From: Chrysomallon squamiferum
Lineage: Eukaryota > Animalia > Mollusca
Assembly: GCA_012295275.1 (NCBI GenBank)
Contig: CM022670.1
Coordinates: 2,356,001-2,420,000, forward strand
Length of the DNA: 64,000 nucleotides
Reading direction: 5' to 3'
Shown: in pieces, positions 22,637 through 37,433 of the stretch
Layout: the number at the start of each line of letters is the position of its first letter
Position numbering within the stretch: position 1 is the first letter of the stretch
Made by a program: the position numbers and the translations under genes
Notes under the pieces: generated by a model
The model's input: the letters and a program-made list of their open reading frames with translations, nothing else
Told to the model about the DNA's origin: nothing
Database searches by the model: none

Positions 22637-23760
22637 CTAGTGTCCGTCTATGGCTTCAAGACACTTACGATAATATAACATTGGCAGGACTGAATGTCTG
22701 GAAATAAAAAAAGGGGAAAAAATGATTCTTTAACATGAAAGCAAAAATTTGAATCACAGAATAAAAAAATGTCTATTTGTTATGATACAATATTCGACAC
22801 ATTTAAAAAAGGAAAACAATTTCTACAATATATTTGAAAAAGATAAAACAAACAACTTAAAAAATGCTGAATAATTCCAGATGTACATGTATATGTAAAC
22901 TGTTTCGAAAGTACTTGTTTTTTTATTGTATACAATGTATTTTCACTTGAGTGTTTAATGTGCCAATATTGTATCATGTATCACAAAACCTATCTGAGCC
23001 CAAAGACGTCCATATTTGAAAGAAAAAATGTTTTATTTAATGATGTCTTTAACACATTTGTAACCTGTGGTTAAAGGATGGTTAAGAACTATTATGATGA
23101 CACACAATGGTTATCAGTTTTTTGTGCTGAAATTTGATTAGGATATTAATTTGTAATAGTTGCATTGTGCACAGGGCAACTTCATGTATGAACAGATGTA
23201 CAATATTTGTATCCAGTGATAATTGTGATCAACTAAAACTAAAAAGAAAGATACTGAACAACAACATAAAAAAAGTTCTTGTTTGTGCCTTGAAATAAAT
23301 GATTTACATATTAAAATTTTTTAAAAAGCAATAATAATAATAATAATAATAATAATAAAGAAGATGATGATGATAATAGTAAAAGAGAAATATATGAAAT
23401 ACTGTCAAATTCAACATAATTTCATTTAAACTTAAATTCTAGTTTCTAAACTGTAAGTTTTCATGAAATGCATAACTTTATGCACAATATCTTGGCTATG
23501 TCTTAGATTTTTGTACTGAAACAATTATAGGATCTTCTGGTGTAGTTTTTGTCTTTATATGTAAATAATTTTCAAACATTATGTCAGTTTCAAACATTTG
23601 TCTATTTCTGTCTAAATCATTATAATCTTTCTCTTTATACAATCTGTTAAATATTACACATAAATTGTATGCATTATTACCATATATTTCAATTAAAAAA
23701 AAAAAAAAAACAAAAAAAAAAAATCAAAAAAAAATCAATCACAAGCCAATACCCACCCCA

Positions 23761-23801
<41 letters not shown>

Positions 23802-26800
23802 ATCCAAAGAAACCACAAACTGCATAGTTAAAACATAATAATAGTTAAAGAATGAAATATTTACCTGATAGGTATAAGCAGAAAAATAAGGACAGGAAAA
23901 AACATTTTCAAGTAGGGCATTCCCAGAAAACCAACAAGGCAAAGGATAGTTAGTTGTACGATCTGTAAGAGAGTAAACATGTGTATCTTCCACTGGGGCA
24001 CTCTGCGGATGTAGTGGTTTGGTGGGTAAGCTGCCTGGAAAAGTCAAACAAAACAACAAAAATATAGTAAGCATATGACATTAAGCATTCCCCACACTCA
24101 ATAAATACATCTATTCGATAATTTTTATTTATTTATTTATTATTTATTATTATAATTTTTTTTTTTATTAATGTTTTAGATATAAAGCAAACAACTGAAT
24201 ATAATTAATTCAGAAAAATGAAACTTTTACACCAAGGATTATTTTTATTAATCAATATTCAGATTTCTTTTTTTAAGTAAATTCCCATGTGAAAAAAATA
24301 AATGAAAAATGAAAAAAAAAGAAGGAAAGAACAAACCATGATCACTGACACCCCAATCATGCAGCCTTGTTCAGGACTAAAATTAACCCAAGAAAAGTAT
24401 ATTTAAATATTTAAGTATAATGTAGTACCCATCTATAACGTAAAAACACAAACAGTAACAGTTTAAGTTTAATAACATACCTGATCTGTGAAAAACAGAG
24501 CAACTCTTTCTACTATCTGGTTTTTAAACAATGCTGTGATGGCAAGATAAAGAAAAACACCATACAGGACTGGGGTTGGAATGTAGGCTAATATTGGCAT
24601 TATTATTAAACTCAGTCCAATCAGAATGTGGGCAAATATTCCTGTCAGTCTTGTTTCTCTAACTCTTACAATTCTAAAATTAAATTACAAAACCTTTACT
24701 TATCAATAATGGAAAAGAGGCAGGAATATCAGAATATATATGAGTCAGTGGGTAAAAACTATAATATATTCCAAAAAGGGATGGCAAGGGATAGAGGATA
24801 ATTATGGTAGAAAGTGTTTATTCCAATAACTGAAAAGATTTAAGGAGAGACAGAGCATATAATTATAAGTAAATGGATAACAATAATTGAAATAGGGTAT
24901 TTTGTTGTTTTCTGATGTTTTTATTTGAATGACAAATTTCTGTTTCTATAACATAACAATTATAGTATCACATTTTATTCAGATTTATGTATTTTTTATA
25001 CTTAGTGTATATCCTCAGTTACTAATTCTAAGTTTATATATAAAACCAAATAGCTATACTAAAAGGTGTTGGATATATTAAGAAAAACATTTTCCTTCTT
25101 TCCTTTTAGTTTCTTTTTCAAAATAATTTAGTTCCCAAAGCCCATTTTCGTAACAGAGTACTTCTTGTGAGAGTGTATCATTAACAATTAATGAAAATTT
25201 AGATTTTGTGATGAAAATCAGTCAACAGCAATGGCATCAAAGTTACTATTATATTTTTGTTAATTTTTCCTAATTACAACATCTGACAATAGTAGATGCA
25301 TAAAAAAAAAAAAAATAATAATGATGATGATAAATAAAAAAAAAAAAAAAAAAAAATAAATTAAAAATTAAAAAAATAATAAATAAATAATAATATAATT
25401 TTCCAGTTAAAATTATTTTTGTTTTAATACTTAATCACAAACATTAAAAACTGTAAATGAGATTTAACATTTGTAATCGAATAAAAGTTTTGTCACAATG
25501 ATATTATTAAATCATATAAACCAGTTTTTTTGTACTTCCTTATATTATAATAAAAATATCCAAACAGGATTTATTCTTTTAGTAAGAGACCAACTTAACT
25601 CACATTTTTTTAACATGTCCTTGTTCCATTTGGTCTTCTATGTCTGCCAGAGCATATACATGCATGGGTGAATGTGGCAGAGCTGCATGTAACCATGGAA
25701 ATGTGTACAGAGACAGAGCAGCATTTATCAATGCAATAACAAACAGATCCCAATGATATGCAGTACCTTTCTTCAATCTTTATTTACAAAAAGATTAATA
25801 ATCCATGTTTATCACAAATATATATACACAGATACATACATACATATATATATATTTATTTATATAAACATTTATATATATATATGTATGAATTTAATTT
25901 TCAAATCTCAGAAATAGATTATAAATACAGGAATTTGTTTTAGGGACTAATATTTGTCATGTAACAAATTAAATCAAAAATACCTCTACATAATTATACA
26001 GGTGATTTTTACAGGAAACAAAAAATGTCTTATTAAAAAGAAAAATAGATACTACCTCAGATACTTTTAAAATATAAAATAAAATAAAATAAAATGTTGT
26101 TGAAATCTAAACAACTTCATCACATCCTCATAACAAAATACACTGACTTGTTTTAGGTTCAGGCAATACAACAAAATATGATAAATTGCCAACAAATATT
26201 GACAAATATTAAAATATACATATATAAATAACAAATAATAAATATATTTAAAAAAAAATAAACTGATAAAAATTTAGAAGTAGAAGCAATGTTTGAAATT
26301 AAAATAACAAAATTTTACGAAAAATGTAAACAGTCCTGTTTGAAATAATTTATCATTAAAAACACTGGATAGGAGATGAATGTTAAATTCAATTTATTAA
26401 TAAGCATCATGGATGTATGTATCTAAGGTTGTACATTTGTATGTATGTAAGGTTGTAAATTTGTATGTATGTTTGCACGTATGTGTTTAAAACGCTGGAT
26501 ATCTGTGTGTGCACAGAAAAAAAATGTAAGAAGCTGACTTAATGATTATTGGTAAATAAAAATTACCTGTTCTGAGGATCATTCACAAACTTGGCACATA
26601 TATTTTGTCCCATGTAGAACAGTAGAGACAAACAAAATCCAAGACCCATACCTCCAACTATTGCTTGACTAGGAAGATCATGCATTGTGTTGAGTTGAAA
26701 GAGGTCACTGTGACTTAGTCCACTAAAACTTAGGCCCACTTGAAACAATGATGAATTTAAATTAAATATAAAATCAAGCCTATAGTGCAGGATTTGGAAA

Positions 26801-29157
26801 TACAGTATCTTCTTTCTGGATAAATTAATGGATAAAATTAATTTAAAAAATCAATATATTTAATGTTAAATATTTTCACAAATCAAAATCCCAATAGATT
26901 GCCAAATATAATGTTTGAAAGAATATGTTCCATTATGTTGTAAGACACAGTAGATTGCCAAATATAATGTTTGAAAGAATATATTCCATTATGTTGTAAG
27001 ACACAGCTATAAATTCTGATAAAATAATAAATAAAATTTAACACAATGTAGTTGACATCTCATTTGCTGCCATCATTTATAAAATGTACTCTGTTTTGGT
27101 AGATTTGTGAAAAATAATCCTTTTTAAACTCAGTGGTTGTGATTTCACAATAATAGATTAAGTTATGGATAAATATGAATTACGTATTAATATTTACAAA
27201 GTCAGTTAGATGCTGATCACAAAGATTATGCTCTAGAATACTACTGCATTTGTTATCAAGCAACACACCAGTAACCATCAGCTGAACAGGGTTTTAAATT
27301 AAAAAATTATCAGAATACAATTAATTGAATTTATTTATTTATATATTTATTTATTTTTATTATTATTATTTTTTTATTATTCGTTATAAGGCAATTATTA
27401 ATTAATTAAATAAATAATTTATTTTTACTTTCTTATAGCATCTTTTAACTTTCAGACTTTCAAGAACAATGATTCAGAAACCTTTCAGTCTCAGGTCCCT
27501 TCTATCTGTAATAATTAATGATGATCCCAAAATGCTGGAAAACTCATTACAGTATAAGAGAGATAAAGTCAAAAAAGTATTTGTACTGTTATAAACTCAG
27601 CTCTGACCTGATGGAAATCCTGAGACTCAACACAGAGTATTATAAAATATGTTCTATTTTCTGGTTTTTACTGGTGACTATAGTATTTTACAACTCTGTT
27701 CATATCAGTGTAAAACTTACTTTGAACTGCACGGAATAAATAACAGCCAATGAATGACATGATAACCACGGCAACTGGCAAAGAATAATCAGAAGCTAGT
27801 TCTCTCTTTGCTGCAGTCAAATAAGGTCTGAAAAAATAATGGAACAATTCAAATCTGCAACCATTGTTTGAAATTTGAAACAGCAAAATAAAACTGCAAA
27901 GTACCTGACACTTTTGAAATCTAAAACAGCATAATACACAACACCTGCATTTATACTGACATTTATTTTTGTCAAGATAAATATCGCTCTTTTTATGGGA
28001 GAAATTCCTTACTGTTAAAAAATAAGGTTATCCAAGGTTTTATTTTGATAAAACTCGAGGCATCATTCAACAAATAATTACTTTATCTTAATAAATAATG
28101 TCATCACTAAAAAAAAATGTTTTTAAATGTGCCTCAAATAAACAAATTATTATTTTTAAATACTAAACATTCCACTCTTTAAACCTGTTCACCGGTGCAA
28201 AAGATTAAAATAAAAATGTTTATCATACGTATCAGTGAATCTGAAGAGAGTTACTCCAAGCCACACAGTTCCAAAGAGAAGTAAGATGTACAGAAGACTG
28301 GTGTCTCTGTAGCAGCCCTCTGGACGTGCAACGTGAGTTATAGGTGTTTTATTCAACTTATTTGAAAGTAATTCATAGTATAAACTGGATGACACAGGTC
28401 TCCTGCAGGCCTCATCACCAAAGGTGTCTTCAAAATCTATCAATTATTAAAGTGAAAATTTTGGAATGTTCAGTGAATGAAATTTCTCTAAAGGAGAATA
28501 AAACAGTTATCATTAGTATGAATATAAGATGTCAACCATGTGGTTTTTAAAAAATGTAAAGATGATAACTGTGAAAAACATGCTACAAAATCTCATTTGG
28601 GTATTTATACCTATTAGTGATTTAGTATGCTTATCTGCTCCTTGCCTTAAAAGTGGGAAATCACTTAACACTAGTTAATTAGCCAATTTGTAGTGACTCA
28701 GACAACTGGTCTGCCATTGAACAACTGCAAGCTTACTAATTAACTGAGTCTGTTATGAATAGAAAAATGTAAAATAAAAAAATAAAAAAAAAAAAAATAA
28801 AACCTAATATGAATAAATACTGGTAAACTCACCGATGCTTAAAATTTAAATAAATCAATCCAGTTTAGTTGATTCAATTATTATTATTATAACCTAGAAA
28901 ATTATTTTAAATTTTTTTCTTTCTTTTTGTGGATCCATTAAATCTAATTAAGAATGGTTGCAAATATCTTACTGTCAAATGCATTCTTAAATGCACCATG
29001 TGCAAAGGCAATTGCGATAAATAAAGAAAATATTTCTTCTGTTGATCTGTAAAGTAACAATAAATAAATAAATAAGATAATAAAACTAATTAATTAAATT
29101 TGTATTGTTTTTTGAAACGAGTAAAAATTAAAATTATATATATATATATATATGTTA

Positions 29158-29189
<32 letters not shown>

Positions 29190-32100
29190 TTTTAAAAATA
29201 TTTACCGATAAACATTCAGTTCTGGTGAAATATTTAGTTATAAACAGAATTCTATGGATAATTAATAATTCAATATTTTGTCCAAATTACTGGAAAGCTA
29301 TCTATTTAAAACAAATAAACAAACAAATAAATAAATATAAATAAATAATTAACCATAATAATTAAGATACTAAGATTTTTACAGCAATAATCATATTTTC
29401 ATATTTTTCATATCTTTCAAGAAATAAATAAAATTATAATTTTTACTTCCAGAATAATTTACTTAGTAGAAAATATCATTTATACAAGTCTTTTACTACA
29501 GGTTGTGGCAGTTTATATAAAGTTACTAATCAATGAAGCAAATGCTAATACTGATTTCTGCACTATTTTAACAAATCATTCTGTACAATAAAATGCAACA
29601 GTACCACACCTGTCAGTCTGTCAAAGGATCTCTACATTCTCTATTTACTAAGTCATCTACAGAAACAAGTGAAAATTATTTATATAATTTATTTTTTAGC
29701 AAAGAATGGTAATCTGTTCTATATTAAATAATTATTTAAGAGAATACAAAAGTTCACCAGATGAATTTACCTGGTTGAATATTGCATAAGATCACTGAAG
29801 TTGAAAACTGCATAAAGTATAAGGAAGAAGGCATTCCACAGTCCCACACAGCAGAACAAAGATTCAAATCGTACTTTGTAAACTGCAGACAAATTGTAGA
29901 TAACTGAAATTAAGAAATATCTTTTATTTTTTTTACAAATAAGAGTAAATGTTTGTATATGCTGGCCTCTGTGCTCACAAAAAAATACTGACAAACCAAT
30001 GTTAAAAAGCAGTGAACATGACTCTGGTTGAGATTATAAATGAGATAATGACCACAATGTTAGCAACATCCACGTTAGAGGTCCATTACCTTGACAACAG
30101 CCTTCTAACATCTTTGGTTAAACACCTTCCATGACCTTGCATAATTTATGTTAATTTGATGACATAATGCTGTTTGGTTAGATGACACATGAAAAGAATA
30201 ATGTTGCTGCAGTGCATGTCTTATTTTAATTTCAGAACTAATTAGAAATAAAATATAAATATCATAATTATATCTTTACAAAATAATGGAAATCTTTATG
30301 AATGCTTCTGTGTTGGTGGTTCAAGAGTTAGAAATGGAAAGAATTTATCCAATCATCACTCCCAATGGAAAAATCAAGATGCTGTATAGCCTGCTGTCTT
30401 AGAGTGATTTCAAATTGATTGTGATAGTTATATTTTATATCTTTTATTGCTTACTCCAATAAATTGTTTATTTATTAAAACTAATTTATTATTAACCTTT
30501 AATTAAGACAAAACGTTTGACACATAGAGTTGGATTGGGAAAAGTTTAAAATATGTTTTTTTTTTTACAGTAGGCTGGAAGTGACTAAAATGGCCTTGTG
30601 AATCACCTTTGTGCACTTGTAAGCTACTTCCATCATGATTACTTTTCCAAAGACCAATGATAAATACTTTTCTGTTTTTAGAAAATCCATATAAAAAAAT
30701 ATCCTGTGATATCTGATATCACAAACATATGGAATAGGAACAGGAGGCTTTGTCTCTCATTATCATTGCGGCATGTAAAAATATTATTGATTCCTAACTA
30801 TTATTTAAACATACATCCATTTCATTTCTTTAAAAAGAAAAACTGTTATCAAACCTGTTCCTCTGAATTAAAGATTAGAAGAGTCAATTATGTTACTGTG
30901 TTTTGAAATAATTACTAGCTGGTGTAAATTTTGTATTCCTGTTGATTGTACCACATTTTTATGTGCAGTAAAAGGTCAGTATCAGAAATTAAACAAAAAC
31001 ATATAGTACCAACTTTTTGTAAACAGAGCTAGAGGTGCAGTGGTGAGTAAGACAACTTGAGGGGTGCCACCAAAAATTGCAAACAGCAAACCACCAAATG
31101 TCTGTGTGTAGAGAACCTTTTCAACAGCTGAAATAACAAAAATATAATAATGATAAAAAGTTAAAAAAACAAAAACAAATGCATTAGTGTTTAGTGAATT
31201 ATATAAACAATTTAAACTACTGTTTTGAAATTTATCAAAGTTTTTGTTAAATACTGCCATTGCCTTAATCCTTTAATACCTTAGATCTTATTTTCCAGTA
31301 AGTAAGAGACATACATTTTGACTAATAAAGTAAAAGAAACCGAAATACAAAACAAAAACAAAACAAAACTCACTGAGTGTGCCATTAGTGTTGACAGCAT
31401 TCAGTACTCCGAAAGCAATAGAAGGCAGAATACAAGCAAAGTAGAGAAAGAATGTTGTGGATATAACTTTCTGAACAGTTTTCCAACCAGATACTCCATC
31501 CACATAATCTGACACATAGCAAGGTATTCGTTTTCCTAGATCATCCAAAAGTCCTTTAAATGCAGTCAGTTTTATCTAAAATTAAGTCATTTCTTAGAAA
31601 TGCTGAATCATGAAATAACAAAACCGTAATTTTTTACAAATGTAATTTTGAGATAAAAACATACTCTTTTATTTTCTGCTTTTTTTAATATTGTAACAAA
31701 CTGATATGAGTTGAATAAGTTAAATGTCACCTTCAGGCAAAAAATAAAATTCATTGATCCTTCTTATAAACTAAAAAAAAAAAAAATAATAATAATAATA
31801 ACTAATAAAAGAAAAATATGTTTTTTAAAATACCTCTTTTCTTTCGCAGTTTTTCCAAGAATGATTGAGACATTACAATCATTAAATAACTTTTTCTTAA
31901 AGTTTTAGCTTAGTATTCATAAAAAAGTTTCACGTTATTTTCATCAAATATATCTTTTTCGGATAATATTAAGAAAAACATTCATTTTTTTAAAACTTTA
32001 AAAAAAATTTACTTTTTACCTAAGTCATTAAATATTATTTTTAATGTCTGACATAATATTCATAAAAATACCTTTTTCAAACCTTTCATAAAATATTAAT

Positions 32101-35100
32101 AAAAAATGCCTTTTTGACATTACAGCTATTAAATAACTTTTTAAATCTTTGACATAACACTCACCTTTATTTTGTGCTGGACGTTAATATGAAGCATGCT
32201 TTCAGCAGCTCGCTGTCTTTGTGACAATATGTACATCTGTTTCATCATTGCTTCCTTAAATTCATCTTCATTACGAGCTTTCAGAAGTGCTTGTCGAAAA
32301 TCCATCCCAGTCAACATTGTTGCAAATGTTCGGCCAGTTTCAAGCTCATTTTTTGTGCCTTTCTGTAAAAGCAAAAAAAAACTTTTTAATTTAATATTGT
32401 TATAGATCAACAATTTATTAACCAAAATCGAAAAATATTTTTAAAACTCTTCTTTTTTTGTCTGATTTTGTATAATTATGTAGCTTCATGAATTAAGTTT
32501 TTTAATAACCTTGAAGACTGTGTAATGCCAGTCCCTAATGAACTTGGATAAGGGAAAGTCAACTGATAATATTAAATTTAGTTTGTTGTTTCACTCTATT
32601 ATTATTATTATTATTTATTTGTTTGCTGCCAAAAGATTAATTTAAAAGATACTTATAAAGTCCAAACTAAAATTAAATACATTTTTCAGTTATTTAAGAA
32701 ACTTAAAGTTTTAATAAAGAAAATCGGAAAAAAATTTATTGACTTTTATTTTTATATTTTTCAAAAAGCATTTGAAAAGAGAACTGCAAATTATTGAAAA
32801 AAAAAAAATGATCCTTTATAAAAACTGTTAAAACAACAAATATAATTACTAAACAAAAAAAAACCCCAAAACATCCTAACTGAAGAAAAAAAAAAAAAAT
32901 GTCCTAAATAAATGAAACTGAATTTTCTTTTATTAAAAAAATGAAAAAGAAAAGAAAAGAAAGGGAAAATACAAATGAAAAAAAAAAAAAATTACTTACT
33001 TCTCTGATTGGAGTGAGAACAAGAATGATAAATGACACTTCTTGACAAGTCTGACCCAAATTGGTCGGTTTGCTCAGCCGTGCTATTCCAACATAACGAG
33101 TATGAATTGCAGATATACTGCATCTGAAATCAAATACAGTAATGATCAGGAGCTAAGTAGATTTCAATGCTTAAAAGACTTGTTGGTCACAAACTGCTAA
33201 AAAAAATGGATAAAGAAAAGGTCTCAAACCACAACGACCATTTGGTTTTTACCTACTGACAAATATGAACAAAAGTTCTATCAGTTCTGAAACTAAAAAT
33301 TTCAGTAAAGCAAAGAACAGTTTCAGGATATTTGTATATAAAAGGAGTGACAAAACATGTTCAAAGACTGGGTATGGAAGTTGCCTAAAAGCAGAACAAC
33401 TAAACTGTTTTTGCTTACAGTACATACATAATCTATGAAAATGGCAGTGGCATCAAATTTATTTTAAATTTTGTGAAAGATATAACAGCAAACGAAAGAA
33501 AGTTACATCCCCTCCACTGAAATGATGTTTTGTTATTAGAAAAATTGATTGAGAAATCAAATAATATAAACACTTGAAGATCTCTTCTCCAAAATACTGA
33601 AATCAAGCAGACATGACAGCAAAATCTGATATGATTCGGATGGTTTAGCATAAACAAACATGTACTTCAAACATGAAATTATCGTAAAATATATTTTATA
33701 AAAATCTCTACAGAATATCTGGTTAAGCTGTTCTGATATATAAGCAGATTTATTGTCAGGCTATTTGTTTACAATAGCAAGTTAGGTATCAGAGACAAGA
33801 TAAAATTCTAAGAAAATAACTATTGCTAAACTTTTTTTTTTTTTTTTTTTTTTTAAACTGACATACTCACAAAGCACAAACAAAGTTCTGTCCATAAACA
33901 AAGCCTCCTCCAGAATTGTCTTTGCTGGAACATTGCAATGTTCGACTCAGCTGATGTACTAATCAAAAGTTTTAAAATTAAATATAAATAATATAAAAAC
34001 AAAGTATAATAAAAATAATATATGTAAATATTTACATTTCTGAGTAGGCAGAATTTCAGTTTTATCATTGTCTTTGAGATCATATAATTTTCCTGAATGT
34101 TTGGCTAATGTTGTTAAGGTATATTATAAATTAATTTTATGATTGAAAATAGAACAATTATTGGATTATTTTTATAAAGGCTTATTAAAAAAAAGTTATG
34201 GAATCTATTTTTTATTTTTTTATTTATTAAATTTAAAAAATAATAATATTCATGAATATAAGTGATACTAACACCATACCAATACTTATAATAATAATAA
34301 TAATAATAATAATATACATCTAACCATAGTCATTTGTAAATAATGAAGAAATAGCCAGGTTCATGGTTTCTTTGTAATTCTCCAGATGGCCAAGCATCTT
34401 TTCAAGAAGAAATTCAATTATTTCATCTAAACTAGTTTTAACTGGATCAAGAAGCAATGCTGTATTATTGATGAAACTCTGAACATCCATAATGGCACGA
34501 ACTTCACTGTTAAAATCTTTAAATGGAACATTCTAAGAAAAAAATAAATAATTTTAGCATTGTTTACTTCAAAATAATACTGCAGTGTTTTCATAGTATG
34601 TTTGACAGTGAATATTTCACTGAGGTTAAAAAAAAGAGAAAAAAAGGAACAACAACAACAACAACAACATAATAATAATAAAACCCTAAGATATCACAAA
34701 GTAAACACATGTTACAAATGAATAATAAAAAAGAAAGAAAAATTCTAAGATAAAATATTAAGTATATTTGTAAAAGATTTTCTTGAAATGGATTTTGATC
34801 TTCAATTTTTAGCTACTTTTTAAAATTAGAAGCTCTATGCATTCACTGTTATTATTTAACATAGGGGTTCTACTCTACCAAATTCATTTTTCTAGTTTGT
34901 CATTATTTATCTATTTCTCAAATCTGTCATTCTGTGCCTTACATTCTAACTCAAAATAAATCACATTATATAAAATCTACTAAACTGCCAAGTTAAAAAC
35001 ATAAAGAATAACAAAATAATAAATAATAATGTTTAACTAGGAAAACTATTATTAATGTTTGTACTTCCACAGCCACATTAACATTACTGCTACCACCACC

Positions 35101-35913
35101 ACTGCTGCCACTATTACTATAACCACCATCATTATCATTAATTAACATAATGCATACATAATTGGAGATTGGATTAATCTGTCAACTCAGAATTCATGGT
35201 TCTGAAAATACATGTAAGAAAAATAATGGACAGAACTTTACCTCATACCGTGAGTATATCAGTGTTAAACCATTTTGATCTGAAATGAAAATTTATTAAT
35301 AAATAAATATACTGCATTCACAAGACACTTCATTTCTTAAAGAACTGGCAATAAGGCTTTCGTTTATGTTTTTTTGTAAATTTGTGTATTAGATCAGAAA
35401 CAATCAAGAATAAATATACCAAAGCCATTTGTTTGTACCATCTTTGATAAAATTAAACCTATTTTTGAAAAAAATAGTAATATTTCTACTTATGTTAGAA
35501 AATAAGGAATCAAATACAAAGTAGAGACTGAGAAGCAGAAATAATAATAATAATAATAATAATCATCATCATCATAATAACAATATATGTATGTGTGAGA
35601 GCTTGCATAGTTGTGTGTGTGTGCATGTTTATCAGAGATCAATTACTGAATTATCAATCAATTTGTAAGTTTGATAATAAACAAAACTGACCAACAAAAC
35701 TGTCATCATACAGTTCTTTATATTTTTCAGGTAAAGTAATTCTGACACTTTTTTTCAGGTCATGATGTGAAAATTCAGATATTGTTACACGTCGCTTTAT
35801 TAATGGAGTTTCAGGTTTTTGAATATCCTTAGGTAAGCTGAAAGAACGTGACCTAAAGAAATTTCCACTTGATATGTTATCAAGTAATTCATCGACTTCT
35901 GTGCTTTGTCCAC

Positions 35914-35945
<32 letters not shown>

Positions 35946-37380
35946 ATGAAGGAAGAAACAAAAATAAAATAATAAAAAAGAAATAATAAAAACAAACTGA
36001 ATAATAAAAATCTATATTTCAGTGAATAAAAATAAATACTTAAATAAAATATATACACACCTATAAAATAAAAAATATTACAGAGAAAGCTAAAATATAT
36101 GCCTTATCTCTAATCTTATATATGCTAATAATAATAAAAAATCTTTCTTAACTAAGGTTAGAATTATGTAACTAATAAATAATTACTTGTTTATGTATTC
36201 CTGTTTGCTGTATGGGTGAATCTTCATGGTATGTGTATTAGCATGCATGTAGTATAAGTGTACACCTTTTAAAATTATTATTATTATTTTTGTTTTTTTA
36301 TATTATTATTTATATTTTTTTCAGTTTTTATTTATTTATTTATTTATAATTTTATTTATTTATTTTTAACTGGAATTCAAAATAAAACTAATTTTGTAAC
36401 AAAATCTATAACATTTACACTTGTTCTGTTTCATTCTAAGGAAGCAAAACAGCAGACATATGTATGCTTGGTGCACTGGAAAAATTAAACACTGCCAAAA
36501 CAAGGAATTTGTATTTAAGCAAGTTGGATTATCTGTATTTGATTCAGATATGATAAAATGAAAAAAAAACTAGACCTGGTCTCTTCTTTGTTAACTTTAT
36601 CATCCTCATCCACACTGGGACTCTTAGTTGATGTACTATATATTCAAAAATAAATAAATAAATAAATAAATAAACATCATACAACTAAATTAATAGAAAT
36701 TATAACGTTTATATAAATCTTTATTTTTCATTTACTATGAAGAATTTATTTCTGATTTTGATTTTGTAAACTAATTATTAAAATAAATAAATAAAATAAT
36801 AAAATAATAAGCTGTCATTAATAAACAAACTCTATATTTTTTAATGTGTTTTTTTCTTTTGCATTTAAAAATCTGTTATTAAAAATCGGAAAATGCCAAA
36901 TTTGGATCCACCAGGCAACAGGTACTATGAGACCACAGTTACATTTTCAAATAAAAAAAGTTACAGAAAAGTTTTATTTATTTTTACAATGTTAATAATA
37001 ATTAAAATTAAAACATAAACTTTGCATAATTTCTCAAAATGTCAGAAAGTTTTCGAGTATATCGTTTTCAGTTTCGAGTATATGTACTTATATTTTCAGT
37101 GATTCACAAATGCTGTAGATACTTCACACACACACACACACACACACACGCATGTCCACATGCACACACACACACCCACACACACACCTTTCTATCTATA
37201 GTATATGTATAATTCTGTGAAGGATGTCCTGATTTAATCTGTATTAGAAATATTAGTCACTAAATTAGTGAGGATTTATTTATTTATTTATTACTATTTC
37301 CCTGCAAGAATTACTTACCGATCATATGAGCTATGACTATATGGTGATGTTGAAGTAGAAACAGGCGTTACATCCGACAT
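22637..37380 (-). CDS. SLC4A11: SLC4A11-like (BTR1/NaBC1) transporter, divergent copy B, 19 exons, ~868 aa
   Basis: Exons 37319-37380, 36576-36635, 35692-35912, 35242-35279, 34325-34532, 33871-33958, 33000-33123, 32165-32362, 31374-31575, 31014-31127, 29771-29903, 28973-29046, 28229-28436, 27721-27827, 26567-26738, 25604-25777, 24481-24673, 23865-24034, 22637-22697 sum to 2607 nt in frame. Motifs: [94 protein letters not shown]. The first two exons are less certain. Confidence 0.92.
26895..27006 (+). repeat. 56-bp tandem duplication, 2 copies, 1 mismatch
   Basis: TAGATTGCCAAATATAATGTTTGAAAGAATAT(G/A)TTCCATTATGTTGTAAGACACAG at 26895 and 26951. Confidence 0.95.
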
Positions 37381-37406
37381 AACTATTCGTCTGTTGAGAA
37401 AATTCA

Positions 37407-37433
37407 CGGTGGACGTTCAAAATTATCTCCCCT
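37407..37433 (-). promoter_or_regulatory. Promoter/5'UTR element shared with the paralogue (plus strand CGGTGGACGTTCAAAATTATCTCCCCT)
   Basis: 25/27 identical to 61917-61943. Lies 27 nt upstream of the copy-B ATG in a CpG-enriched patch and contains a GATA-like AGATAA on the minus strand. Confidence 0.65.

Noticed and set aside
36420-36475. Exon-like segment with AG and GT ends in SLC4A11 copy B intron 2
   Set aside because: Contains an in-frame TAG in the required phase; no support beyond the splice dinucleotides.
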